A DNA stretch of 64,000 nucleotides from Nitrospinaceae bacterium (lineage in GTDB: Bacteria > Nitrospinota > Nitrospinia > Nitrospinales > Nitrospinaceae). The translations under genes were made by a program, and so were the position numbers. Below are positions 48,111 to 60,000 of this stretch, piece by piece; the first letter of the stretch is position 1; each line of letters opens with the position of its first letter. Location: the NCBI GenBank assembly GCA_965223665.1, contig OZ245011.1:1-64000 (forward strand). Direction: 5' to 3'. Below the pieces are notes generated by a model. The model ran no database searches. It was not told where the DNA came from and saw only the letters and a program-made list of their open reading frames with translations.

Positions 48111-49367
48111 ATGTTTCCATTTAGGGTGCTCCCATTCATATTTGTATTAATTATTTTTTCTCAATTTATTAATTTAGGTTGTAGTAAAAAGAAAATTTTT
48201 AGAGAAGACCCTCAAACGCAGAGCTATAAAAATTATACTGACAGATTTTTTAAAAACCTACCCAGTGGAATCCAGCAAGCTAGTTTTTCTTTTTTAAACA
48301 AAGATTCCAACGTTGATCTTGCATTGTTGTATAAAAATGATTCAGGAAAACCTTTTATAAAAATTTGGGTAAATAATAATAACATTAAATTTGTACCCGT
48401 AAAGAGAATTGGGTGGGAAGGCCAGATAGGAGACCAAATTACTTCCATGGTAGTTGGGGACCTGGATCATGATTTTTCTGCGGATGTGATCTTAACTGGA
48501 AAATTCTCGGACGGAACTTTAGCCAAGCTTTTGTTCAATAATGGAAAAGGTTATTTTTATTCCAGACATAATGTTGAATTGCCACCGCTTCAAAAGGGTA
48601 TTGAGAAAGTTGATTTAGTGGATTTGGATCAGGATGGGCATAAGGATTTACTTTTTTTTGGAAAACGGGTTACCCGGAAAAATGGTGACATGAGCGACTA
48701 TCATGCCCAGCTTTTTTTGAATAATGGGAAAGGTGAATTTAAGGATATGACGGACCTTTTATTGCCGCCCCTTCCTCCTGGTATCGTAGGTACTTCTTTT
48801 GCGGATTATGATGGAGACGCTTCAATTGATATTTTCCTTGTGGTCGATAAAGGTCAGAATCGTTTGTTGTTAAATAATGGCCATGGAAAATTTCAGGATC
48901 GCACCAGTGATTTATTGCCTTTTATAAAAGATGAAAGCGTATTTGCGGATTGGGCGGATTTTGATTTAGACGGGGATAATGATTTGCTAGTGGTAAATAG
49001 AAAAATTCGAAAAAGTAATCAGACTTTTGAAAATGAATATTGTTATATGCTAGTAAATATTGGAAGAGGTTACTTTAAGAAAGGACCTCTGAAAGTACTT
49101 CCGCGGTATCCATCTAAAGCGGTTTACTTATTAGATGCCAATGACTCCGAAATTCCCGATGCAATTATTTTGAGTGAAAAAGGAATTCATTTTCTTCGAG
49201 GAATTGGTAAGTGGAGATTTGCAAGAGAATCCAAAAAGCGTCTTCCTAATAATGTTTTTTTTAAAGGTTTAACCTTTGGAGATGTAAATGGAGATTCCTT
49301 CCTGGACATTTTTGGATTTTCAGAAAAGTCTGGAAAAGGTTTGCTTTGGGTAAACACATTTGAATGA
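48111..49367 (+). CDS. FG-GAP/VCBS repeat lipoprotein (integrin-like propeller)
   Basis: Lipobox NLGC; repeated GDLDHD, DLDQDG, DYDGD, DFDLDGDND and GDVNGD loops with NNG.G.F turns. Confidence 0.85.
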   Translation: MFPFRVLPFIFVLIIFSQFINLGCSKKKIFREDPQTQSYKNYTDRFFKNLPSGIQQASFSFLNKDSNVDLALLYKNDSGKPFIKIWVNNNNIKFVPVKRIGWEGQIGDQITSMVVGDLDHDFSADVILTGKFSDGTLAKLLFNNGKGYFYSRHNVELPPLQKGIEKVDLVDLDQDGHKDLLFFGKRVTRKNGDMSDYHAQLFLNNGKGEFKDMTDLLLPPLPPGIVGTSFADYDGDASIDIFLVVDKGQNRLLLNNGHGKFQDRTSDLLPFIKDESVFADWADFDLDGDNDLLVVNRKIRKSNQTFENEYCYMLVNIGRGYFKKGPLKVLPRYPSKAVYLLDANDSEIPDAIILSEKGIHFLRGIGKWRFARESKKRLPNNVFFKGLTFGDVNGDSFLDIFGFSEKSGKGLLWVNTFE

Positions 49368-49486
49368 TTGATAAATCGCTTTTTCTAAAATTTAAAAATA
49401 TTCTAAATTGATAGTGATTTGTCTCAGGATTTTAGAAAGCCGATATCTGGTTTGAAAAATGATTTTAAATTAATTAAGGAAATAAA

Positions 49487-50383
49487 ATGGCATCGTATAA
49501 AAACATCACTTTTTTAAAAGTTTTAGCCGTAATTGCCTGGGCGGACGGAGAAATAAGCGAGTCAGAAAAAAATATATTAAAAAAGTTCTACCGAAAATTT
49601 GGTTTAGACAAACAAAAGTTATCTGAATTAAGTCCTTATTTAAACGCCCCTATCCCCAAAAAGGATCAGGAGCAGTTGTTTAAACAGTTGGCAGCAGAAT
49701 TAGGAAGCAAGGCAGATAAGAAAATGGTTTCTGATGCTTTAAGTGAGATGGCAAATGCAGATAATAAAGTGACTTCTGAAGAGAAAAAATTGTTAGAAGA
49801 ATTTTCTCAAGTGCTTCAAAAGTCCAATTTTACCAAACGGTCCTTTGGGAAAATTCGCAATTTTTTTCATGGAAAAATTTTTAAGCCGGCTCGTGAAAGA
49901 AATCCTGAGCTAAATAAATATTTTAAAAATATTGTTTTGAAACAATTGGAAATCAAGAAAGGAAATTCGAAAATTAATTTAGATGAGGATGATGTTTATT
50001 TTATCTGTTTGTTTGGGACTTTGCTGGCTTCCGTGGCTCATGTTGACGACCATTTCGAAGAGAGTGAGAAAAAAGCCGTGAAAGGTATATTAAGAGAGCG
50101 ATTTGAGTTTTCAGTTTCTGATTTGAAATTTTTATTTCAAGTGATTGAAGGGCAAGCTAAATCTGGGTTTGATTTTCATGAAGTTGTTTCAGAGTTCAAT
50201 CGATTGTACTCTTATAATGACCGCGAAAAAACGGTGGATTGTTTTTTTGCCGTAGCTGGAGCCGATGGGAATGTATCTCATGAGGAATCGGAAGAGATAA
50301 GAAGAATAACAAAGGCTATGCATATTCCTCATTCGGTGTTTAAGGAAGCCAAGAAAAAGATCCTAAAACAAATTCGTGACTAA
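49487..50383 (+). CDS. tandem TerB-domain protein
   Basis: AWADGEISESE, ANADNKVTSEE, AHVDDHFEESE and AGADGNVSHEE motifs. Confidence 0.85.
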   Translation: MASYKNITFLKVLAVIAWADGEISESEKNILKKFYRKFGLDKQKLSELSPYLNAPIPKKDQEQLFKQLAAELGSKADKKMVSDALSEMANADNKVTSEEKKLLEEFSQVLQKSNFTKRSFGKIRNFFHGKIFKPARERNPELNKYFKNIVLKQLEIKKGNSKINLDEDDVYFICLFGTLLASVAHVDDHFEESEKKAVKGILRERFEFSVSDLKFLFQVIEGQAKSGFDFHEVVSEFNRLYSYNDREKTVDCFFAVAGADGNVSHEESEEIRRITKAMHIPHSVFKEAKKKILKQIRD

Positions 50384-50428
50384 TGGTGGTTGAGCATAAG
50401 CATTTCAGGTTTAAGTTTATGGTGGGAG

Positions 50429-50614
50429 ATGGCTGAAAAATTTCAAAACAAGAAGTTTATCGGAATAAACTTTCAATGCTGTAATGTTTATAAGCGAATT
50501 TATATTAATAAAGACAAAAATGCTTATGAGGGAAATTGCCCTAAATGTTACCGAAAGGTAAAAGTATTAATTGGTGCCAATGGAACCGACCAACGCTTTT
50601 TTGATGCACATTAA
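50429..50614 (+). CDS. small Zn-ribbon-like hypothetical protein
   Basis: FIGINFQCCNVYKRIY.N.....Y.G.CPKC...GT..RFF; ATG at 50429. Confidence 0.7.
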   Translation: MAEKFQNKKFIGINFQCCNVYKRIYINKDKNAYEGNCPKCYRKVKVLIGANGTDQRFFDAH

Positions 50615-50635
50615 ATCTTCAATATTTTTTTCTAA

Positions 50636-51073
50636 ATGAAAATTGTTTTGCAAAGGGTTGCTGCTTCGACTGTATTTGTAGAGGGGAAAGAGGTTTCCCG
50701 AATTGGTAAGGGATTAATGATTTTATTAGGTGTGGAAAAAGGGGATGAAAAAGAGGCGGTGGATTATCTGGTAGAAAAAGTATTAAATCTAAGAATATTT
50801 GCGGATGAAAATGGAAAAATGAATTTGTCCTGCCTTGATATTCAGGGTAAGGTATTGGTGGTATCCCAATTTACTTTGGCTGGAGATTGCTCCAAAGGGC
50901 GAAGACCCGGATTTGATAATGCCGCACCCCCGGATTTGGCATTAGATTTATACAAGTATTTTCTTGAGCAAGTTTCTCGTTCTGGATTAGATGTCCAAGA
51001 AGGAAAGTTTGGAGCTAATATGCAGGTTGAAATTCAAAACGATGGGCCTGTAACATTTTTATTGGAGCGTTAG
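50636..51073 (+). CDS. dtd: D-aminoacyl-tRNA deacylase
   Basis: MKIVLQRV, LRIF.D..GKMN.S, SQFTL, G.FGA.M and NDGPVT motifs. Confidence 0.96.
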   Translation: MKIVLQRVAASTVFVEGKEVSRIGKGLMILLGVEKGDEKEAVDYLVEKVLNLRIFADENGKMNLSCLDIQGKVLVVSQFTLAGDCSKGRRPGFDNAAPPDLALDLYKYFLEQVSRSGLDVQEGKFGANMQVEIQNDGPVTFLLER

Positions 51074-51084
51074 TTGCGCTCAAA

Positions 51085-52239
51085 TTAACTATCCTTGGAT
51101 CTTAGCAGTTCATCCAAATCCATCCTAGAAATTTTGTATTTGCTGAGAAAAATATCAATATTTTTTTCGCAGTTTTCAGCCATTTCAATTTTATTTTGTT
51201 CTTTGTAGAGTTTGGCTGATATAGACATATTGATTAATGCTTTTTTTCCTTCCTTATTGTAATCATATAATAAAGCTAAATTATAATAGCCATCAACCAA
51301 TCTGGGGTTTAAATTGATCGCCATGTGATACATATCAATAGCTTCTACATATTTTTTTGTGATGTCATATAGTTCGCCCAAAGCATATCTTGTTAGGGCG
51401 TTGGAGGGATCGAGAGTAGCAGATTTTTCATAATTAATGATGGATTTCTCGTAATTTTTTATTTCTTTTTGAGCAAACCCCAAGCCTGAATAGATTTTAG
51501 CATCCGATGGATTGAGGTCTTTGGCTAAATTAAAATATTCTATTGCTTGAGAAAAGTTTTTTAACCTTGAGTAATAAGCACCTAGATTATAATATGCAGT
51601 TGAATGATTGGGGTTTGCTTGAATAGCCGCATTAAAGACATCCTTGGCGTTTCTTTTCATACCAAAAATTTCAAAAAGAATTCCTAAATTATTATAAGAA
51701 TCTGCAGATTCTGAGTTCAAGGAAAACGCTTTCTCTAATTCCATTAAGGCGTTTTGATAATCTCCTAAATTTTTATAAGCAACGGCCAGGTTGTTGTGAA
51801 TGGTTACATTTGCAAGTTTAGTTTGAGCAACAGGAGATAGAAGCTCCACCGCTTGAGCATATCTTTGTGTAGAAATATAAACACCGCTCAAATTTGCTAG
51901 TGTTTTTAGGTCTTTAGGTTTTAAAAGTAAAGATTTTTTAAGCCATTTTTTAGATTCTTTATAGTCCTTTAACTGATAAAGTGCCCAACCTAACTCACGA
52001 TGTCCTTCCGCATGATTTTTGTTTAGTCGGACTACATCTTTAAACTGACTTGCTCCTGCTTCGAAAAGACCCGACCTTAAGTATGCGTAACCCAGTTGAT
52101 AATGAGCATCCACATCATATGGGTTTTTGTGCACTTTCTTTTTAAAATATTTTATCTGGCCTTTGATTGATTCCGGTTTGGAATTGCAAGAAAGAACAAA
52201 AATTGAAAGTAAAACAACTATTCCGAATAAGGGCTTCAT
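51085..52239 (-). CDS. TPR repeat lipoprotein
   Basis: Lipobox VLSC; about nine TPR repeats. Confidence 0.85.
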   Translation of the reverse strand: MKPLFGIVVLLSIFVLSCNSKPESIKGQIKYFKKKVHKNPYDVDAHYQLGYAYLRSGLFEAGASQFKDVVRLNKNHAEGHRELGWALYQLKDYKESKKWLKKSLLLKPKDLKTLANLSGVYISTQRYAQAVELLSPVAQTKLANVTIHNNLAVAYKNLGDYQNALMELEKAFSLNSESADSYNNLGILFEIFGMKRNAKDVFNAAIQANPNHSTAYYNLGAYYSRLKNFSQAIEYFNLAKDLNPSDAKIYSGLGFAQKEIKNYEKSIINYEKSATLDPSNALTRYALGELYDITKKYVEAIDMYHMAINLNPRLVDGYYNLALLYDYNKEGKKALINMSISAKLYKEQNKIEMAENCEKNIDIFLSKYKISRMDLDELLRSKDS

Positions 52240-52299
52240 ACTTCCATTGTCGCAGGAAGATGAGTAAGACTCAATAACTTGGGTAGGTTAAAATAAAAA

Positions 52300-53835
52300 T
52301 TAAAAAGGAATGGCGGATAATGCCAGTTGCATAAACATGGAGGGGAAAATGCCCATTACAATGATTGCTACAGAACTGATAGTTACAATGGCTGTCATAC
52401 CTTTATTGGAAACTAAGTCTACTTCAGGCTCGCCATTATGGAAATACATCATTGCGATTACTCTTAAATAAAAATAGACTGCAATCATGCTGGCCACCAC
52501 CGCTAATACTGCTATTAAAACGTATCCTTGCTTAATGGCAGCTACAAATAAGTAAAGTTTTCCAAAAAAACCTGCAGTGGGAGGAAATCCAGCTAAAGAC
52601 AGCATGAACAAACTCATTGCCGCAGCAACCATGGGTCTCCGTTTGGCTAATCCCTTAAAACGGTATATAGAATTTGATTCTTTACCCTCGCCCTCAATCA
52701 TAAAAACGACTGCGAAGGCTCCCACATTCATAAATAAATATACCGCTAAGTAAAAAATAATACTGGCGACACCATCCTGGCTATTGGCAACAATTCCTAT
52801 AAGCAAGTAACCAGCATGAGCCACGCCAGAGTAAGCAAGCATGCGCTTTACGTCATCTTGGAAAATAGCAGCAATATTTCCAATCAACATGGTGAGAACA
52901 GAGGCTCCAAAAAGAACTGGCATCCAAATTTCATTTAATTCAGTCAGTGAAATAAAGAAGATCCTTGCTATCAATGCAAATGCCGCTGCTTTGGTTGCCA
53001 CAGACATGAAGCCAGTGATTGGAGTGGGAGCACCTTGGTAAACATCAGGCGTCCAGGAATGAAAAGGAACCAGGGATACTTTAAAAGCTAAGCCACAGAA
53101 AACCAGACCCATTCCAATATAAACTAACTTATTGGAACTATATGGATTTTCATGGAGTAATTTGCCAATAAATCGGATTTCTGTAGTTCCCGTTCCGGCA
53201 TACATGAGTGCCATGCCATAAACTAAAATAGCCGATGCAAAGGCACCAATTAATAAATATTTAACAGTGGATTCCTGGGAAGCCAGGCATTCCCAGGAAA
53301 GATTTTTTACATCCCCTGGTTGCTCTCGCCCTGTTCCATGTTTTGCGGAAAAGCCACAAAGAATATAAAGAGATATAGAAAAAATTTCTAATGAAACAAA
53401 AGCAGTGATTAAATTTCCGGACTTTGCCAAAAACATCATTCCAACAACAGCCATGAGGACCAGGGTAAAGTATTCCGCTTTGTGCTCATGGTCTGGTTTT
53501 GGATAACGAAAGGATGCTAGAATGGCAAACAGGGCCATTAATAGGAAGATAATGTTGAAAGTTTGAGAAAACCTGTCATGTATTAATGCGCTGCTGAACA
53601 TTTCCGGGTTGGTGCCATTACTCATAGTGGGAGCACCAATCCAAAGATAAACTGAATAGGCCAATGCTCCAACGATTCCTAAGGCGGCAATTTTTGACAA
53701 TTGGGGATTAGTATCTAAGGCTTTTGACAATCCCATTAATAGAAGAGCAAAAGCGGTTAGAATCAAAATCAGTTCTGGTCCAATAGCGGCCCACCGCATA
53801 TCAGCTAGGTTTATCGATACCTGCATTTTTAGCAA
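52300..53835 (-). CDS. nuoN: NADH-quinone oxidoreductase subunit N (orphan)
   Basis: FVSLEI.S, KYLLIGA, FKVSLVPFH.WTPDVYQGAP, KRMLAYS..AH.GY and SLAGFPPTAGF.GK motifs. Confidence 0.93.
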   Translation of the reverse strand: MLKMQVSINLADMRWAAIGPELILILTAFALLLMGLSKALDTNPQLSKIAALGIVGALAYSVYLWIGAPTMSNGTNPEMFSSALIHDRFSQTFNIIFLLMALFAILASFRYPKPDHEHKAEYFTLVLMAVVGMMFLAKSGNLITAFVSLEIFSISLYILCGFSAKHGTGREQPGDVKNLSWECLASQESTVKYLLIGAFASAILVYGMALMYAGTGTTEIRFIGKLLHENPYSSNKLVYIGMGLVFCGLAFKVSLVPFHSWTPDVYQGAPTPITGFMSVATKAAAFALIARIFFISLTELNEIWMPVLFGASVLTMLIGNIAAIFQDDVKRMLAYSGVAHAGYLLIGIVANSQDGVASIIFYLAVYLFMNVGAFAVVFMIEGEGKESNSIYRFKGLAKRRPMVAAAMSLFMLSLAGFPPTAGFFGKLYLFVAAIKQGYVLIAVLAVVASMIAVYFYLRVIAMMYFHNGEPEVDLVSNKGMTAIVTISSVAIIVMGIFPSMFMQLALSAIPF

Positions 53836-54011
53836 ATCCGTTGATTTTCAATGATAAAATAGCGTCACGTCTGAGGGATCCCAAGCATGTAGAGGGTGTT
53901 TTAAAACATTTCCCCCTTTTTTTCAAGCAAATGTTGAATAACTTTAAATAGCAAAGGGGATAATCAGCAAAACCCTTGATATAATACTGCAATAAAAAGA
54001 GAAGCTCACCC

Positions 54012-57000
54012 ATGATACCCATTAGAAATCTAACGTTTTATACCTTATTTTTATTGTTGTTATCGGCTTTTTTTGCCCTTCCGTTAAAAGCGGCGATCCC
54101 CCAATTTACCAATCCTGCTCAAATTACCACTCACCCGGCAGATGATTTTGCCCCTTCAATTTCTCAGGACGGGAAATCCCTGGTATATGTTTCTGACCGC
54201 TCGGGGAATTTAGATCTTTGGGTAAAGTATTTAGTGCCCGGAATTCCACCACCTGATCAACAATTGACTTTTCATAGTTCAGAAGATAATTCTCCTTCCA
54301 TTAGTCCTGATGGGAACTTTATAGTGTTTGTTTCCAATCGTTCCGATCCCAAAGGAGACATTTACATAATTCCCTTAGCAAAATCCGTAAATGGAAAAGA
54401 ATCTAGCACTCGTCCTATTAAATTAACTAATGAGAAGACAGCCGACGGTGACCCGGTTTGGTCTCCTGATCAAAAGTTTGTCTATTTTACTTCTGAAGAA
54501 ATTTCCACAGGTAAGAAATATATATATGGAATTGAAGTAAGTACGCGAAAAAGAAAAAAAATAAGCAAAGTAGAAGGTATTCAACCTACCTTATCACCCA
54601 GCGGCAAGTACCTGGCATTTGTTTCTCAAGGAAAAGAAAAAGGACTTAGAGTACAAAACCTCAAGTCACATTCTCTTCATAAGCTTACTTTAGGTAATTA
54701 TATTGATCTTTCTCCAAAGTTTTCTTTGGATGGAAAAACCATATATTTTACCCGCTACGAGGATGACACAAATTATGATGGTGTGATTGATATTGAAGAT
54801 CATCCTAATTTATGGAAGACCCGATTGGGACACTCCTCATCCAAAAGAGAGTTTCAACTGACAGATAGTTCCACGTTTGATCTACTTCCCATTGCAGGAA
54901 ATAAATATGTCTATTACACCTCTCATCGAAAAGATGGTACAGATATTTGGCGGCTCCCATTACAGGGGATATTACCAACTCAATCTGATTTTGGGCAACA
55001 ATTGCAGGTGGTCGAAGTTCTTTGCGAAGACAAATACTATTACAACTGTATTTTGGCAGATAGTAATTTATCACAGGTGTTTCCAACTGAGGAAAGCTTA
55101 GCGCGGGTTCAGTATCGTAGAGCTCGTGGATATCAGAATTTGAAGCATTTTAAAAAAGCCAAAACCCTGTATCAAAATGTATTTGATTCATTTCCAAATA
55201 GTAAAAAGTATCAGGGTTGGGCGGAAATAGATTTGATTTTGTTGGATGTGGCTGATTCAAGGAAAAAAGGTCAAGCTTTTTTTAAAAACAAAAACAAAGA
55301 AGCTTTAATAAAATTACAAAAAATTGAAGAGCGCTATTCTGATCAAATAAGTGTTGTATCGCGTGCACAATTGGAACGCGGTCAAATTTATATTTCGCTT
55401 CAGCAGTTTCCAGAAGCGCTGTCTGCTTTTAAACATGTTGTTGAGACGTATCCTTCCTATAGGATTTTATCAGCCGAAGCTGCTTTTTCTCAAAGTAAGG
55501 TTTATTCAGAAGTTGGTGATCAAAAAGGCCTCATAAACTCTTATGTTCAAGTGGTTAGAGATTATTATGATGTGGAATCCTGGTCTCAAAAATCAATACA
55601 AACCATTCTTGGAATTTTTGAAGAATTTCCAACTTTAGAAAAGAAAATGGTAAGTCTACAATCTTTAATCAAAAAATATAAGGAATTGCCACGGTTGGCT
55701 TCTGCAGCGCAAAATAGAATTGGAGAATTATTGCATCAGGCTAACGAAAACTTGCTGGCTAAAGAAGCTTATGAAAAGACCATAGCTCAATTTCCTGATA
55801 CTCCTAAAGAAAAAGACAAGGCTCATTTTGCGTTAGCGCAAATTTATGCGGAAGAAGAAAATTTTGAAATAAGTTTGAACCAATATCAATTAGTCCAATC
55901 CAATTCCGATAGTTTAAAAGAAAATATTCAAGAAGCAAAAAGCAAGTTTATTCGTCAGGCAATCGAAAAGGGGAATTGGGAATTGAATGTTGGAGAAACC
56001 AAATTAGCTCTGAAGACATTTAAAAAGTTAATGGACTTTAGTCCTCAAACTGTAGAAGGGCATCGCGGGTATATTCAATCTCATGTTGCTCTAAAAAAGA
56101 CAAATGAAGTAATTCAGTTTTATAAAAAGAAGATTTCTGTTTCAGATCCCCTCCCTGTTCATTGGTATAGCTATGGTTTAGCGTTAACTTATTTAGATCC
56201 ACCAGATTTGAATAAATCAAAAGACTCCATAGAGAAAGCTTTGGTTAAACAATCCAACAATGCGTTTTATCATCAAACGCTGGGTTGGATTTTTGAGCAA
56301 AAAGAACGAGCGGAAGGGAAAAGAGATTTTCTCGAAAAATCGCTTCAGGAGTACAGAACGGCATTGGCATTAAATGACGAAGAAATTGATCCACAAAATG
56401 AAGCCAATTTACTTTTGAATTTGGGGAACGGGAATTATTTATTGAAAAACTATTTTTCTTCCTACAGGTACTATGACAAACGATATCACGCGAAACGGGA
56501 CTTTGTGAATGCTGATCGCGAAGCTTTATTTTATCAAAGGTATGCCGAGTCTGCCTTTAAAGTAGGCTTCCCGGAACAAGCTGTGGATTTATATAAGAAA
56601 TCATTAAAGAAAATATCAACGAAAAAAGATGTCTCTCGAATGGCTGAGCTAAATGATCGTATTGCCTTGGCTTATCAAGATTTAGGAGATCATTCTAAAG
56701 CAGTCGAATACTTTTCTCAAAGCTTAGAACTAAATAAAGAAATTAATAATGTAACCAATTTTTCTCGATCCCTTCGAAACATTGCAAATAATCTTTACTC
56801 TTTAAGTGAAAAGGAAGGAGTCAGCCAACAACCTTTGAATAATGCGTTGGGTCATTATTTCCAGGCGATAGAAAATTTAGAAAAATATGGAGTAAAAGAG
56901 AAAGAAAAGAAAAAAGGAAAAGGTTTGATAGATATTGATATAGAAACTGGGTTGGATGAAGATGCTTCTTCGGCTGCTTTGGGTTTTGATAAAGTTGGGG

Positions 57001-60000
57001 AACAAAAACTTATTTTTAATTATATTGGGAAAATTTATGGAGATTTTGGGGATTATGATCGCGCAATTGATTATTTTGAAAGGAAATTACAGTTAATTCC
57101 TGAAGATTTGGACCCTAAAGATAATATTCCTCTGTTACTGGAAAAAGCTTTGTTACTCAACCAATTAGGAATCTTTAATTTTCATCAGGGTCAAATAGCC
57201 AAAAGTAAGGATTATTTTAAAAGATCGTATGAAGTTAGCCATTCCATTGATAACCGTCAGGGTTTAGCGGTTAATGCTGCGAATATTGGTCGTTTGTTGA
57301 TTGATAAATGTCGAAAACAACCCCTTTCCACATTGATAAATGAAATAAAAGAAACCACAGAGTTTTTAGAAAAAACCTTTCAAGTATTGGATGATGAAAA
57401 AAAACCTTTATCCAGTCCTGAATACCGGGTGCTCCTTAAAAACTATATAGGAGTTTATTATTACTATTTGGGTTTTCAGATTCCAATGGATGAAAAAAAG
57501 CCCAGAGACACAAAAGTTAATTGGAAAAAAATATTTAAGAATTCTGAAAGCAGTATTCAGGGTGATTTTTCCTACGGGAAAAAATCCTTGGAAGCCTTTC
57601 AGCAAGCCTATATTTTGTCTCTTCAAATAAAAAATGCCTTAGGCCAAAAGTTGGCGGTTGCATTAAAGCAAAATACTGATGTTTTGCGAAATTTATTAGG
57701 GAGAGTGAGTGCAAGTAAAAATGAAATAAAAGCTCCTAGTTTAAGGGCTGATTTTATAAAAACAGAATGGCAATACAAATACCTGAAAGCCTCCCTTCAG
57801 AAAGGTCAAAAACGTTTGGAGACTTTATTTGAAGCTGAAAAATTGCTTTCTTCACGGCCCTATGGAGTTTTGCTTGAACCGGGTGGTTTAGGATTGTTGC
57901 AGGATTTATATCTGGAAATAGTCCGAAGCCTGTTTAAAGAAAAAAGATTGGGTAATGCCTTGCACTATTCGGAAAAAGGATTGAGATTGTCGCTGATCTC
58001 TGAGTTTCAAGAAATTTCATTTGAGTTCAAAGATGAAATACGGAGAAGTTATTTTGAGGAGATCCAGGGTTTCGGCCTGGATTGGAACGGATTACTGCAG
58101 TCATTAAGAAAAGAGGAAATAAACTCAGATGAATTTAGAGAGAAATCTCAAGATCTTTATGATGAATATAAGGAGTTTTTGTTAAGTGTGGAGGAGGAAG
58201 ATTTAGACTTAGTTTCTTTTGTTTCGCCTAAGGTTCCAACCTTATCTAAAGTTCAATCCGTTTTAGGAGAAGGGCAAACTCTTATCAAATATCAAATGAT
58301 ACGAGAGGAATTATTTGTATGGATTATTTCTCAAACTTCTTTTTTTGGAGTGCGGCTATCCCCGAAGGACTATTTTTACCCAATAGTATTGCGTTTCTCC
58401 GAAAAAGGTCAGGCTATAAGGAAAAATGAATTAAATATATTAAGTCAGCATTTGGTTTATCCTCTAAGAAAGTATATAAAAAACGCCAAATCACTTATTA
58501 TTCTTCCATTCGGTTCCCTGGACTATTTACCCTGGTCATTATTGAAGTTCAATGGAAAGCCATTAATTGAGGAGTTTGATTTAGTATTTGCAAATTCTTT
58601 GGACCAGTTGGTTCGAGCCTCTGACAAGAAGAATTTATATAACTCTCGATTTATGGGATTTGAAATAAACGAAAACATATTTAATCAAATAAGACCTGAG
58701 TTTGCTTCTTCAAAAAATTATATAAAGGAAAAAGGAACGGTTGATGAATTTTTCAAAGGTTTGAGTCAATATGGGGTCATAAATATTGATTCTCAAACAT
58801 TAATAGACCAATCAAATCAAAATAATTCTTACATCAGCTTAACCAACCGTCTGAATCATTATGAGCGGTTTTTTCTTAAGGATTTATTCGAAAATAAAAT
58901 TGAATCGCATTTAATAGCTTTAAATGATACGCATCTAAAGTCATCTTCTTCCTTTATTTCTCCTACAACCTCATTGATACATGGTTTAGTTTTTGTTGGT
59001 TTCCCCGGAAGTTTGTTAAAGATAGGTCATGTAGATCCAAAAATTCATGATGAATTTTTAAAAGTATTTTATGCGGATTTACGAAAAAGTTCTCCTTCTA
59101 AAGCGCTTCGTAAGGCTCAATTATATTTGAGAGAAAAGTTTCCTCAATCTGATGGATGGGCGAATTACCGTTATTATGGATTTCCCGGAATGTCAAAAGT
59201 TGAAAAGGAAGAGTTTGCTCAGACACATTTTGAGTCTAATGTCTCTCAAGGTGCTGAAGAGTTTAAAAATCAAAATTGGGAAGGAGCGATTAGTTATTTT
59301 GAAAAAGCCTTGGCCTTGGTGAATTATTTGGAAGACCAGTCTTCTGAGGATCAACTTATTAAGACCATTGTTCAAGCCGCATATAACAGAGGTGATTATT
59401 CAAAAGGAATTGAGTATCAAAAGAAGGTTTTAACAAATTCTCAAGATGGTGAAGATCCTGAACAATTAGCAGAGGCGCATTATTTTTTGGGAATACTTTA
59501 TTCAAGGGCTGAGCAATATTCTTCTTCAGTAAATCACTTGAAACAAGCTTTGTCTATTTATCAAGAGTACGAGATCTTGGATAAGCTTGCTGAAAGTTAT
59601 GGAACCTTGGGGGTTGTTGAGGAGAATGCATTAGACTTTGATAACGCTTTAAAAGCATTAAACGCTTCCGTCAAAATTAATGAAGAGATTGGAGAAGATT
59701 TAAATCGTGGGAAAGAATTACGAAGAATAGGTCGTGTTAATTATTTGCGTTTAAATAAATATGCTGAAGCTCAAAAATATTTTTCAGAAGCGAACTCATT
59801 ATTCCAAGAGCTTAATGATCCAGAGCAAATTGCCGAAACTTGGTTGGAATTGGGCTTAGTGTCAGAAAAATTGGGTGATTTTTCTAAAGCATTAGGTTTT
59901 TATAAAAAAGCTGAATTGTTGGCCGAGGACAATAACCTAATACTTCAAATATCAAAATCCTATCTCTATCAGGGCAATACGCATTGGTTTCAAGGCAATT

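Noticed and set aside
49439-49446. GCCGATAT sigma-28-like -10 upstream of the TerB gene
   Set aside because: No TAAA-like -35 at the correct spacing.
53911-53960. TCCCCCTTT ... AAAGGGGA inverted repeat between nuoN and the CHAT gene
   Set aside because: Short, low-complexity arms about 30 nt apart; insufficient evidence for a structured RNA or operator.
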